Source: Felis catus (taxonomy: Eukaryota). From it: DNA of 64,000 nt. The notes under the pieces were generated by a model. The model was not told the DNA's origin and searched no databases. It saw nothing but the letters and a program-made list of their open reading frames with translations. Below are positions 36,510 through 49,210 of this stretch, piece by piece. The DNA lies in contig NC_058369.1 of assembly GCF_018350175.1 (NCBI RefSeq), positions 39,556,001-39,620,000 of the forward strand. Reading direction: 5' to 3'. The first letter of the stretch is position 1. Each line of letters starts with the position of its first letter. The position numbers and the translations under genes are program-made.

Positions 36510-36775
36510 ATAGCTTACATTTATTATGTACTGACAATGATCCAGGCACTTTATATGCATTGCCTTAATGCATGTAAGTCCTTTATATGAATTGCCTAAC
36601 TGAATCCTCACAACAATCCACTGAGGAAGATGCTAATACCGTGCCCACGTTACAGATGAGGAAACTAAGGCTCCAAGAACCTTAAGTAACGTGCCCAAGA
36701 ATAGCTAGTTCATGGCGCGGGTGGGATGGTAGATTTTTTTGCCTCTACAGCCTGGGAATATTAACCTTTATAGTA
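36510..36775 (-). mobile_element. MIR
   Basis: aatcctcacaacaatcc...ttacagatgaggaaactaaggctc. Confidence 0.8.
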
Positions 36776-37949
36776 CACAGAGAGTTTAATCTCTTTTTTA
36801 GCAATAACTGCCACAACCGGAAAGGCCATAATGGAAATACTGGCGTGCTTCTTGTTTAACTGGGAATATTTTAATGGAACCACAATACATTGATGGAACA
36901 AAGAGCATGCTCCCTGCTGACCTTTCATCACACTTTGCTCTTAAACCATAGAGGGAGAAAGGAGATCCAAGGGAAAGGTCAGAAGTTTATTAGCTAGTGC
37001 TGCTACAAGCTTACACAGGCTTTCCTATAAGCTGTTGCTATTTTAGTATTTGATGGCTGTCTAACATGTCCCTGGGCACGGGGGCAGCTGACACATGCCA
37101 GGGCTCAGTGCACATGCTGTGAAGTGACTGCTCATTCTTGCTAATGGCCATCCATGGAGCACCGACTGGGTTTCTCTCAGGCACCGTGCTAGGCATGGAC
37201 TCCAAATGGCGATCTGTAAAACCAGCCACCGTAGGTGCAGCCAAAGTGGTGAAGTGGTATTATAATTATCACCACCCTGCCACCTATCCCCCCGCCCCCA
37301 GTCAGGAAATGAAACACTGTTTCAAAATAATAGCTCAAAATGTTATATTGGTTAAATAGCATATCTGTTAGGGTGCTTTGATTGCAAGCAACAGAAACTG
37401 ACTCTGGCTGGTCTAGGCAAAAAAGAGGATATCTTGGAAGCATAGTGGAGAGTGCACTAGAGCAAAGGGAAGGCTAAAGACTCGGGCGTGGAGCCATCAG
37501 GCACCCAGCATCTCCAGAAGGTTCTTGGCAGCAGAAAGTGCTCAAAAATCTCACCCAGCTGCCTTGGCTGGAAAGAGAACACTCCAACTGTTCTCTGTTT
37601 TGGGCCTGAATCCATGATTCAGATTTCAGAGCCGGAGCCCTCATTGGGCTCACTGGCAGTCACGTGCCGGGGGAGGGACGGGCACCTGGCTAACCATTCC
37701 GTCAGACAAAAATGGAGAGCTATTAGCAGAAGACAGGCTAGAGGCTGGGCAGCTGACAAACAATGAATATCCTTGCATTTCTTGAGAATGAGGAGGGTCA
37801 GCTACAGAGGCTATGGTAACACCTATTTAAAAAACAAAAAAAAAAACAAAAACCTTTTCTATCCATTTCTCTCACATGCTGAAGCTGCTCTAATCTCTCC
37901 AGTTACGTGCAGACCTCCCAGATATCCAGCCCCGTGTACCCTTGCCGGG

Positions 37950-38120
37950 CGAAATGTGATCTGAACACCAGCAGCAACTTCGTCACCCGGGAGCATGTTA
38001 GAAATGCAGAGTCTCAGATCTACTGAATCAGAATTTGCAAGATTTTAGATCAGAATTTTAGATCAGAATTTAGCAAGATCCCCAGGTGGTTCTGATGCAG
38101 GCTAAGATTGGGACGCACTC
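37950..38120. mobile_element. MER5A-type element
   Basis: cagcagcaacttcgtcacccgggagcatgttagaaatgcagagtctcag...caagatccccaggtggttctgatgca. Confidence 0.75.
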
Positions 38121-38689
38121 TTACATGCATTTTCCTCTCCCTCTCCCCCCCTTCTTTCTTTATTATAGATCAACCTAGTTTCTCACCAACCTAAAACAAT
38201 ACCACCTCTTCAGCAAGAGGGACGACGTGGGCTGTCAACTACAAGCTTGCCTCTGATAGAGTGACAGAGACGAAATGAGAACATATGCATGCTAATAATT
38301 TTTGTCCTGTAAACAAAAGGACCAAACAGACACAGTCTGTGACCTTGGAGTGCACGTGTTCTAGAGGGAGGAGCCGGCCAGGCAGTCCAAACAGATACTG
38401 AGGGCTTCCAAAGGCCATGGCACGGTTCTCAGGGCTGAGCTGGCTTCGGCACAGCCTGATCTAGTGTGGATCCCGGGGACAAAGGGACAGAATGGGAACT
38501 TAAGTTTTACTGGGCTGGACAGATACATTGGAGGTCCCGCGGTACTTTGCGTGCCCTCCCAAATGCCACGCTGAGATATAAAACTGTGGCTGGCTTGTCT
38601 TCTACTCAAAGAGAGCGAACGGGGAGTGGGTCCCAAAGAATCACAGGGTGGGGCGTGCACGGGCCTCTAAAATGTTGTTCTGAATGTTG

Positions 38690-39270
38690 AGTTTTAAAAG
38701 CTCTGGAGTTCAGGTACTGCTTTGTGGCCTCTCATCATGCTGGTCTTCACACCATGCAAATAAAACAGGCACGAGATTTCCCCCAAAGTTAGCAATCTCC
38801 TGTGAGTCATTTCGCAGGAACTTGGTGGCAGCCACTTGGCTGAAAGCAGCTGTGAGGAGGAATGTCCAGGCGGAGTGGCCGCAGCCACGGGTGTGGTTGT
38901 GAGTGTGGCTGGAGCCTGGAGACAGGCTGTGGGTGTGGTCACAAACAGGGGCGTGGCAGTGGGTGTGTCCGGGCCGGGGCATGCTGTGGGCGTGGCTATC
39001 GGGCTCAAGGGGTTAACCCCGGGAGACCCTGCTGGCTGGCCTCATCTCAGGAACCGCAGGGACTTGAAAAACCGTGCTCTTGGTCCCCCAGAGCAGGTAG
39101 AACTCTAGGCAGAATCAAAGTAGAACTGAGCTAAGGATGGACACAGGCCCTGAGTGGGTGAGGGGGGGGGGGGGGAGGCGGGCAGCAAAAGATCAGAGAA
39201 GAGGTCCCAGTCACATACCTTGGTGCTTTCTGGGTCCTCTGGTGAGAGTGGGGTTTGGCATGCAAATGAC
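38690..39270. promoter_or_regulatory. Candidate enhancer: cluster of KLF/SP GT-boxes with AP-1 and two octamer motifs
   Basis: ATGCAAAT at 38754 and 39260; TGAGTCA at 38803; GGGTGTGG/GGGCGTGG-type motifs at 38889, 38901, 38931, 38949, 38961 and 38988; repeat-free context. Function is inferred only. Confidence 0.35.
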
Positions 39271-40124
39271 CTGAAACCACCCGGACTCCTTTCTACAGGA
39301 TACGCGCATTCAGGAAGCCCAAGCTGACAATGTCTGTGGCAGAGAGCCTGACGTTAAGGTTGCCCCTCCCGTGCATGGGGCAGCAGTATTCTGCACCAGG
39401 ATCCTAAGCCCCCTCTCATCATCCAGATCCCTCAGGATGCATGAAGGGACCTACACTATCCCACCCTCTTTTCCATCTTCTGTCTTCTTCAGGTCTCCCA
39501 GCCCACGGGGTAATCTTGTCCCCTTCACCAGGAAGAAATAGCACCCATTTCCCCTCTCCCCCTATTGCTACTCCCTCCCCGCCATGCCCCCATCCTCCCC
39601 CCACCACTGTGGCACACGGACCCTGTGAGCTGTCACCCGACCAGGGTTTCCCCTCCACCCCGCAAACAACAAAGCTAGTAATTCCGTTTAGGCTCAGCTA
39701 GAACACGCTATGGTGGCGTCCAATGAGTTAATGGTTGCAAAAGCTTTAGAAAAAGACACTCCTGCTCCTAGAGAGTATGATTTACATTTCTTTGACATTC
39801 TCCACTTTCAAAAGCCACTTGCAAATGCCAGTACTTCTAAGTTTTATTTCTGATACTTGTACCTATAAGGAAAGGCACCTCTCATAAGAAAAAAAAATCC
39901 CTTTAAACCATGGCACTTTACGAAGGAAGAAGAGAAAATGCAAAGAGTAATAGTGATGAAATAAACAAGCAAATTGGTTTGTGAAGTAGCCCCGGCCACA
40001 AGTTCACATCTTTCTAGGAGCTCCTCCGACACCGATGGTTAAGGTTTACTGAGTACTTGCCGCCAGAAACTCTTCTAAGCACTGTACCTATGGTATCTCA
40101 GGTGATACTTGTAGTAAATCTAAG

Positions 40125-40340
40125 CCACTGCTCCTCAAAGGGGAGTTATATTGCTTTCCCCCTCAACCCTTAGACATATTTGGCAATGTCTAGATACACT
40201 TTTGCCTGTCACAACTTTAGGGGAGGGTGTTGTTACTGGCATCTAGTGGGTCACACATCCCATGATGCTCAGGACAGCCCCACCACAAAGAATGAACTGG
40301 CCCAAAATGTCAATAGTGCTGAGGCTGAAAACCCCTGCTG
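40125..40340 (+). mobile_element. MER20 inserted within a MIR
   Basis: atttggcaatgtctagatacacttttg...tactggcatctagtggg...ggcccaaaatgtcaatagtgctgaggctgaaaacccctg; the MIR core follows at 40368. Confidence 0.85.
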
Positions 40341-40979
40341 TAAGAGATAGGGGAATCATCATTCAACCCATTTTACAGATGAGGAAACAAGTACAGAGAG
40401 GTACTTCCAGATACTTAGGTTTATGATCAAACATAATTGGCAAAATGAATGCAAACAAGGGACTGAGAAAAAGTTTGCCAATATTTGAGATGAACTAAGA
40501 GAGGGAGGAAATGGAAAATCGTTCGCTTTGCACCTGTCCTGTGATTTTCTTTGTCGGGGTGATGTGCATCCATGGATCCCACTGAACTGATTCGCTGATA
40601 TCGTTCACACGCAGGTTGAGCTGCCCAAGAAGACACTTTGGGTGAGGGAAGGGACTGCTTTCCAAACTCACTCCTCGCTTCCCTCGTTACTATCAGACTG
40701 TTTTCCAGGTTCACAGCTGCACGTCTCATTCTCTTCTCAATCTGCAGCCTCTACTTTCACCTTGTTAGGTCCATTTGTGATTGCTCAGGGCAGAGGTGAT
40801 GGAGAGAGGCATCTGCCCTCCTGACCCGGCGCATTCTCACACTAGACAGCCTGCATCTACCTGGGGATTGTGGTGGACAGGGTAGGTGGCCAGCTGTCTC
40901 CAGGTCTCTCCTGGGTAAAACCTCAGAATCATCGCAAATGTTAGCTGATGGCCTATCAAGGAACAAGGCCAAATGGAAC

Positions 40980-41620
40980 TAAAAAGAGGGTAAGAGCCTT
41001 CCATACGGAGTATGATGAAAAAATGCTCATGATATTTGCAGTGCAAAAGCCAGGTCGGGGGCACCTGGCTGGCTCAGTCAGTAGAGCACACTGCTCTTGA
41101 TCTTGGGGTCATGAGTTTGAGCCTTACACTGGGCACAGAACCTACTTAAAAAAATTAAAAAAAAAAAAAGCCAAGTACAAAATTGAATGTACATTGATGA
41201 CGACTTGTTAAAAAAACTTTGTATTTTTGGATGTTCCATTTTCTAAATGAATATATATATAACATTTATCAGAAATAAAAAATAATTACTTTGACAAGAA
41301 TTTTTTCAAGAATGTCCACGGAAAGGCATGAACAAAAATGTTCATGGCAGATTTTGTGTGTGATAACTGAAATGGAAACGAACCAAATGGAGGGTAGAAA
41401 GGCAAGATAAATTGAGGGTATTTTGCTACAACAGAATACGACATAGCAACGAAAAAGAACATCCACAGCTCCATGGATGAGTATCGGAGACGGGATGTTA
41501 AACAAAGGAACTCAGAACACAGGGAACACGCGCTGTAGCATCTGATTTATAGGAAATTCAGAAACAGGCAAAACTTATCTGTGGTGATGACTGTTGACGG
41601 GGAAGGGGCACAGGACAGTC
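40980..41620 (+). mobile_element. Old L1 3' fragments with a short SINE (41057-41168, plus)
   Basis: L1 3'UTR-like text (aaaatgttcatggcagattttg...aggaaattcagaaacaggcaaaact); SINE TSD aaaagcca(g/a)gt. Confidence 0.7.
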
Positions 41621-43385
41621 TTGCAGGGACAGGTAGCTGGAAAGGAAGGTCTGGGTGCTCTCCCCTTTCTCACCCAGAACCACTGGGCTGGCTCTATATT
41701 TGCATAAGCCACTCAGCAAAACAAAACCCCTGGAGGTGACAAGAATCTGCTCCCTTAGAAGGCAGTGTAGCCACAATTTATTCAAGCCTGCTGATAAATT
41801 CAGTGTATTCAAACTCAAGCCTAATGCTGCCTTGAGGTCTTACCCAACAACCCTAAACCCATATTACCCCCCCGCCCCCCACCACACACGCTGCCAGAGG
41901 AGTTCCTATCATTACAACTGTATTGGGGATCCTATTTCACCAACACTTTGCCTGTGTATTTTAGTTTCCCGCTTGAAACTATATTTTCTTGCCGCTTCCC
42001 AGCTCCAGGGCTGAGCCCGGAGTTTTAGTGCCCTAGGGAAAAAGAAAGATCAAAGAATAAAGAGACCATTGATCAGCATTAGTCTCCAAACTGAGGTTCT
42101 TGACCTCTGCAGAGAGACAATGGCCTTGAAAGCAGGCTTTTTGGTGGGGAAAAGGGATTTCTCAACCACACAGTTCCGCTCTAATAAAGCCAGGCTGAAG
42201 GTTCTAGAGAGGACTGCCTAGCCAGAGTGCTTCCACACATCCCAGGGGACTTGATCCCCACTGCTCTTGGAGCAGCCTGGTTAGGATCTTGGTGGTTGGG
42301 ATTCCCGCCGCACCCCCCCCCCCAACCGGCTTAATCCTGCAAAACAGCCCGCTAGGGTACCAGGTCTCCTCCAGGTCACCCAGTGGGCCATACACATATT
42401 CTTTTCTAGAGGTGCTACCAGAGGAAAAAGGTAGACAGGTGCCACCCCAGATCACGGAGTTTTATCATTCCCAGATATGCCCCAGACCTATTCATGCCAC
42501 TCTGGGAAGATGGCAGGCAGGAAAGGAAAAGCTGAAGGCCACCGATAAGGTCAGATGCCTCTAGGGAGAGGAGATTTAGAAACATCTAGAAAATAAGGGG
42601 GGGGGGGGTGTGTGTGAGAACATCAGGCTAAGTGCCTCACATCCCAGGGCAGGGTAGAAGGAAGTCTGCCACCCCTGGGGGACTCGCCTCTGGCTTAACG
42701 CCCTGTGTCCCTCCTCCCAGGAGCGATGGTGTGCAGGTGGTAGCAGGAGGGTGTGGAGGAGTCTGAGGAAGATACCCTGGGCCCCTGGAGCCTGTTCGGG
42801 GCATGCGGGGGGCCCAGAATTTCCATGGTAATGGCAAAGCTGGCCTGTAATCGGGAGCAGCAAGCTGCCACAGGCAAAGAATGCGAAGCCAGGAGCACAT
42901 AACCTGGACGCTGGGTGCTGGCCAGGGTCTGTCCTGGCCCACAGAACGCCTTTGTGCTAACCAGCAAAAGCCTCCTTCTTCTGGCAGACACAGCCTTACG
43001 GGCTCATAGCTTGGTTAGCAAAGCAGTGGCTACATGTCAAACCCTTGGTGGGTGCGCTTGTGTAGGAGGGAAAGCCACACCCACGAGAGATGGCTCTGGT
43101 TTCAGAACACTGCCACAAAAAGCTAGGCAGATAGCCCTTCAACCATCCCCCAGTCCAGGTATTCGCTCAGACCAATCATTCTAAAGGAAACCTTGTGAGG
43201 ATCTTGGTTCCCAGTCCACTTCCTACCTATCCCCCATATGCCCTGGTTCCGTCTTAAACGGCGAGGAGGAGGGTTTCCAATCATGGGGATGGAAAGACAA
43301 GGCTCAGAACCCTGGCCGCATTCTCCCCCTGCTCAGCCAGGTGCTGATGGAACAATCTCACAAACTGTTTAAATTATCTGGCATA

Positions 43386-43600
43386 GGGGTACCTGGGTGG
43401 CTCAGTAGGTCAAGTGTCCGACTTCAGCTCAGGTCATGATCTCCAGGTTCATGAGTTTGAGCCCTGCATCAGGCTCTGTGCTGATGGCTCAGAGCCTGGA
43501 GCCTCTTTCAGATTCTGTGTCTCCCTTTCTCTCTCTCTGCCCTCCCCCGCTCATGCTCTGTCTCTCAAAAATAAATAAACGTTTAAAAAAATTTTTTTAA
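43386..43600 (+). mobile_element. CAN-SINE
   Basis: Full SINE body and A-tail. Confidence 0.92.
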
Positions 43601-43864
43601 TTAAAAAAATCGTATTTCATCCCCTCACTATCTAGCTGGGTGGAGATATGCAAGGCAAAAGACCTATTACAGAAAGATAAAGAAGTTACATTTTCTTTGT
43701 ACCTCCAAGCATCCGACAAGCAAAACTGTAACCATGCTAAACAATATTCTCACTTTTGTTATCTTTCTGGGAGAGGCATTGGCGCCTCTCACAGATAGGG
43801 TGAATGGATGTTATAGTCTGCCCTAGAGCTATCTTGGATTTTGCTGATTACCATGATCATTATT

Positions 43865-44079
43865 TTTTTTTAATTTTTTTTTAACATTTATTTTTGAGAC
43901 AGAGAGAGAGCATGAACAGGGGAGGGTCAGAGAAAGAGGGAGATGCAGAATCTGAAACAGGCTCCAGGCTCTGAGCTGTCAGCACAGAGCCCGACACGGG
44001 GCTCGAACCCACAGACCGTGAGATCATGACCTGAGCCGAAGTCGGACGCTTAACCGACTGAGCCACCCAGGCGCCCCCC
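43865..44079 (-). mobile_element. CAN-SINE (SINEC_Fc-like)
   Basis: TSD CCATGATCATTATT at 43851-43864 and 44080-44093. Confidence 0.95.
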
Positions 44080-44241
44080 CCATGATCATTATTAATAGCA
44101 CCCCCTTCACTCTCAGAAGTGTCTCAGTGCAGACTATCAACTACATGGTCACTTACTAATAAAGGCACAACACATGTCAGGCCTGGCTGATCTATCCTTC
44201 CTTCTTGTAGCCTAATGCCACATAAGAAGGACAGGCATGGT

Positions 44242-44473
44242 GGGGCGCCTGGGTGGCGCAGTCGGTTGAGCATCCGACTTCAGCCAGGTCACGATCTCGC
44301 GGTCCGTGAGTTCGAACCCCGCGTCGGGCTCTGGGCTGATGGCTCAGAGCCTGGAGCCTGTTTCCGATTCTGTCTCTCTCTCTCTCTCTCTGCCCCTCCC
44401 CCGTTCATGCTCTGTCTCTCTCTGTCCCAAAAATAAATAAACATTGAAAAAAAATTTAAAAAAAAAAAAAAAA
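44242..44473 (+). mobile_element. Young felid SINEC_Fc
   Basis: Near-consensus; 18-bp TSD AAGAAGGACAGGCATGGT at 44224-44241 and 44474-44491. Confidence 0.95.
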
Positions 44474-44614
44474 AAGAAGGACAGGCATGGTGACTGGGCT
44501 TGGAGAAAGGGAGATCATTCCAGGCTGGAGAATCCAGACAGGATGAATTTGACCTGAGCCTTGAGAGAGTGAATTTAGAGGGCAAAGGAGTAAGCCTTAT
44601 ACATAGACAGGTGA

Positions 44615-45055
44615 ATGTATAAATTACCTACTGCTGCATCACGAATTACTATAAAACCTAGCAGCTTAAAACAAACGATGAATCCTAGCTTGCACAGTTC
44701 TGTGGATCAGGAATTTGAAAGTGACTTAGCTGGGTGGTTGTGGCTCAGGGTGTAGCCAAGATACAGGCTGGGGCTGTAGTCATGTGAAGGTTTGACTGGG
44801 GCTAGAAAATCAGCTTCCACGATGGTTCACTCATATGTCTGTGGGCAGGAGTTCCCCACCATGTGGCCCTCCCCCAGAGCAAGCGTTCCAAGAGAGAGCA
44901 AAGCAGAAACTGCAATGACTTCCGTGACTTTGCTTCGACGCCACGCTCCATCCTTTCTGCAGTATCTCATTGATTACCTAAGCCAGCCCTGTACAAACGT
45001 GTGACCACCAAGAGGTGAGGATCACTGAGGGTTAGCTCAGACTATGGCTGCGACA
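44615..45055 (-). mobile_element. MaLR LTR (MLT1-type)
   Basis: cacagttctgtggatcaggaatttg...ttagctgggtggttgtggctcaggg...tgactggggctagaaaatcagcttcca. Confidence 0.75.
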
Positions 45056-46310
45056 CAGACTATGCGCTAAGTCACAGAGGCAGGAATAGGGAGCGTCTGC
45101 TCAGAACATTAGTGATGGGGCAGTTGTCCGGAACAGTTACCGACTTCCCACTATATTCAACACCAAACAGCGCTCTCCAGCCAAAGTCCAGCAATCCAAC
45201 CTTGGAGAGTATTGATCTACCGACATGTGTGAGGAAATGGGAATTTGGATTCCCCTTATCCATAGCTGAAATCTAGAGCAAAGCACTAAGAAACATTTTA
45301 GTTTTGTTAGAACGAGAACGCACTCTATGTAAAGCACATTGTGGTCCTATATAGGAGTTGAAGATGACTGCTTTTTAAAAGTACACTCCTGGGGGGGTGA
45401 GGGGTGGGAGGGGAAGCCACACTGGAAAACAATCTTTGAAAATTCATTTTTCTTTTTATTTATGGACATTTTTCCCATTAAAAAAATGATGTAGTGCTTG
45501 TGTAATTTTTAAAAGATTAAAAAGCATGAAAAATATGCTCTGCACAGAGCTACAATCATTCTCCTCCGAAATATGTGACTCTCCTGAAATAAAGGAGAAT
45601 GAGTTTCTAGGAGTCTGCACTGAGCAATGAAATGCAGCAAAGGGGGAATCCACCGTGGTTACTGGCTGCTGGCTCTGGCTAGGTCAGCATTTTAAGCAGG
45701 TTAAGGTAAGGCCTGGGCATTTGCGTTTTGGAGTTGCAATTGATTTTTGTTTTACTCTGTGATCCTAGAAATACTAGCCCTTTTCTAGATTTTTCTCCAT
45801 TCTTAGCTAATGTGTGACATGTCTTATATCCTTGTTTTAAAATGCTTTACTACTTGAAATTGGCTTGGATGTCCTTTTAGAGAATAGTTTCTCCATGCTC
45901 AATGTTTATTTATTTAATAATTATTTTTTGGTAATTCCCTAGGGATATCATGATGCCATGGCAGACACAGCCCAGCAGCCCACATGGACCTTCCAACCTG
46001 GGGGGCAAGTAAGTGAAGGGAATACTGCCTTGTGATTTCATTTACAGAAGATGGGCCTGAAGGGAAAACCAGCTATCTGTAAATCTTATGGGGCGTGGGG
46101 GGGAGGGTGTTAGAATTAACTGGAAGGAAGCCAGGATGGAGATATTAGATTAGCATATAAACACCATATAAGTCTAGCAAATAGCTACATAATCCCTGGC
46201 ATCATTTACATCTTATGTGTCTCTATGGTTTCCCTCTTGTTTTTCTTTCCTCTATTTCTATTGCAAACACATAATGAAACAATGTGAGTTATTAGGAATA
46301 CATCATTCTG

Positions 46311-46773
46311 GAGGCTCCTGGGTGGTTCAGTTGGGTGAGCATCCGACTTCGGCTCAGGTCATGATCTTGAGGTTCATCAGTTCCAGCCCTGCCTTGGGCT
46401 CTGTGCTGCCAGCTCGGAGCCTGGAGCCTGCATCTGATTCTGTGTGGGTGTCTCTCTCTCTGTCCCTCCCCCACTCCCACTCTGTCTCTCTTTCTCTTTC
46501 TCTCTCAAAAACAAAGAAACACTAAGAAAAAAATTTTGGGGGTCGCCTGGGTGGCTCAGTTGGTTAAGCGTCTGACTCAGTTTTGGCTCAGGTCATGACC
46601 TCATGGTTTCATGAGTTCAAGCCACGTATCTGGCTCTGTGCTGACAGTGGGGAGCCTGCTTGGGATTCTCTCTCTCTCTCTGCCCCTCCCCTACTCATGC
46701 TATCTCTGTCTCTCTCAAAAAAATACATAAACTTAAGAAAATGTTTTGAAAACAATTTTTTTAAATAATAAAA
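46311..46773 (+). mobile_element. Two tandem CAN-SINEs (the second, 46538-46740, nested in the A-tail of the first)
   Basis: Outer TSD GAATACATCATTCTG at 46296-46310 and 46774-46788; inner degenerate TSD taagaaaa..ttttg. Confidence 0.9.
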
Positions 46774-46809
46774 GAATACATCATTCTGCAGGTTAAAAAC
46801 CAACCCACA

Positions 46810-47040
46810 CATGTCCTGGGTGCTTACTGTGTGCCAGGCACAGAGCTGATGGCCTCACTTACATTATCTCAAGTAAGTCACACAACAACCCTAGCTGTGG
46901 AGTAAGTTCTGTTTTTATTCCCATTTCACAGATGGGGAAACTGCCACCTCTGGAAGGTCAGCACACACTTTCAAAGTCACCAGGTTACTAAATGGCAGAA
47001 CAGGGATTCAAACCCCCGCGGGCCAGAAATTCTTATCCCC
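46810..47040 (-). mobile_element. MIR
   Basis: gtgcttactgtgtgccaggcac...cccatttcacagatggggaaactg...gggattcaaaccc. Confidence 0.8.
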
Positions 47041-47732
47041 CACGGTGATGGTGCCAGTTCTAACTTTTGGCTTCAGTTGCTTCGGGGGTCTGTCTCGACA
47101 TCACCCAGAAAAGAACTTTAGTCGTAGCTCCTATGAACTGAAACGGCAAACTGAAAAAGAGGAAAGAAAACAGCTTGAAACCTGTTTCAGACCCTGCATG
47201 AGGCGAGGAACAGAGTCAGCGGAAATGAGAAGCCAGCTGGATTCAGCGACTCCTCAAGTAAGGGGGGCCGTGTGAACTAACTTAATTGGATGATTATTTC
47301 AATTATCTAATTAAGAAAGATTACAGCTGAACAAAGACAGAGAGGGCCTCCAAGGTGATAAAAAAAAAAAAAAAGTTGATTAGCTGGGTTGGCCCTTGGC
47401 AACCCTGGGAGGTGGAAGGGACTCCCCGTTGGATGCCATGGCCCTTGGGACAATTAGCCACAGAGAGCCCCTCCTTTCTGCCCCCATTCCTCCCCAGCTG
47501 AGAGCTGTCTTCCACTTTACTGCCTGAGACTCAAGTGGTCAAGTAGCCGGCATTCTCCTCCCTTCCTTCTTTCTTCTTCCTTTTCCCTGCCTATTTGTTT
47601 TGTACTGGTTTAGTAAACAAAAACAGTATAGATTTCCCTGTATAGTTTAGGACAGAGGTTATAGTCTGGTTACTACTATCCATCCCCCAGTTCCGCTTCC
47701 CCATGTATGGCCCGCGCACTTAAAATAAATTA

Positions 47733-47955
47733 GGGGTGACTGGGTGGCTCAGTAGGTTGAGTGTCGAACTCTTGGTTTCAGCTTAGGTCATGATCTTACG
47801 ATTTGTGGGTTTGGACCCTGTGTAGGGCTCTGCACTGGGAGCACAGAGCCCGCTTGGGATTCTGTCTCTCCCTCTCTCTCTGCCCCTCCCCCACTCGCAT
47901 GCATGCGTGCACATGCACTCTCTCTCAAAATAAATAAATACACTTAAAAAAAATT
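47733..47955 (+). mobile_element. CAN-SINE
   Basis: SINE head, CT tract and A-tail. Confidence 0.9.
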
Positions 47956-49039
47956 AAATTATTCATCAATATTTAAAAGTCAAGGATTTCACATAAAAGT
48001 CCAGATCTCTGGCTTGATTTGAACAAATCAGATCTGACAACACTGGGTCCACCTTCTCGGAGGCCAGGTTCAAAATATTTAACACAGTGTGTATGTGTTG
48101 GTGCTGTCTTATCAGAACAGACGCCAGGCATAAGCCACCCAGACGCCATAACCATGAACACTGGTGGGAAGGTGGGGGGTCTGCCCTCTCAGACCAGCCA
48201 TGTTCTCCAGCTCCCAGGGCCTCTTTCGGTCCTATTGTCTCCTTGACATTGAGGTGAAGGTCACCTGCCATTTATCGTACCTGCTTGACCCACTTATAGT
48301 AAAGAGGGAAGAGACTCTTTCCTTAGCTTGACCTTTGTCTCTCAGTTATATCATCAGCCTGGCCCAAGTTGGCTTGTTTTAGGGAGCCTGTGGCTTTTAT
48401 TCTTTAATTTAACAAATATTGGTTGAAAGACTTCATTATGCAACACGATAGAGCAGAGAGAGCTATTAAGAACTAGGCCAGAGAGCCAACAGTTCTGGAC
48501 TCAAATCCTGCCTCAATCATTTGCTAATTATGTAACCCTGCTTCATTTCCTGATTTTGAAAGGAAGAATTTAGAACTTGTCTCAATACCTGAATTTTCAA
48601 AACACCTGTTTCATTGCTACAGCTGTGAGCTTTACTGTGAGGACTACATGGGAAGAAATAACAAAGGACCTAGCACGGTGCTAGGTAAGCACAAAATGGC
48701 AGCCAGTTTAGGGGGAGAGCACTAGCTGTCATGATGGTGCATCTATGATATAATAGGCACTGTGCTGTGCACCCACGTGTGTTATTTGTTCCAGTCCTCA
48801 TGAGCTCCCTTCTAAGGTGAATAACATTATCTCCATCTTATGGAAGAGGACACTGTCCATCAGACATTGGATTCTCTCCTTCAGGACCCAAGAGTGGTGG
48901 GGAAAGAGAAGATGTGCACACAAAATACATAAGGTGGTTAAAAGATAAACGTATCCTACCAAACAGGGGGCGGGGGAGTGTAAATTCACCTAGCAGATGA
49001 GAAGAAAGATTACTTATTGCTGGGAAATAAATTATACTA

Positions 49040-49210
49040 GAATAGTGCTTCTCAAATTTTAATGTGTATACAAATGACCTGGAGATCTTGTGAAGAGAGA
49101 AAACAGATTCTGAGTCAGAGTCTAGAGAAGGGCCAAGATTTGGGGTTTCAAACAAGGCCCAAGATGATGCTTTCCTGCCGGTCCATGGACTACACTTTGA
49201 AAAACAAGTT
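49040..49210. mobile_element. MER5-type element
   Basis: agtgcttctcaaattttaatgtgtatacaaatgacctggagatcttg...ggtccatggactacactttga. Confidence 0.75.

Noticed and set aside
45345-45356. Perfect CArG box palindrome TCCTATATAGGA
   Set aside because: A few CC(A/T)6GG matches are expected by chance in 64 kb, and there is no supporting context.
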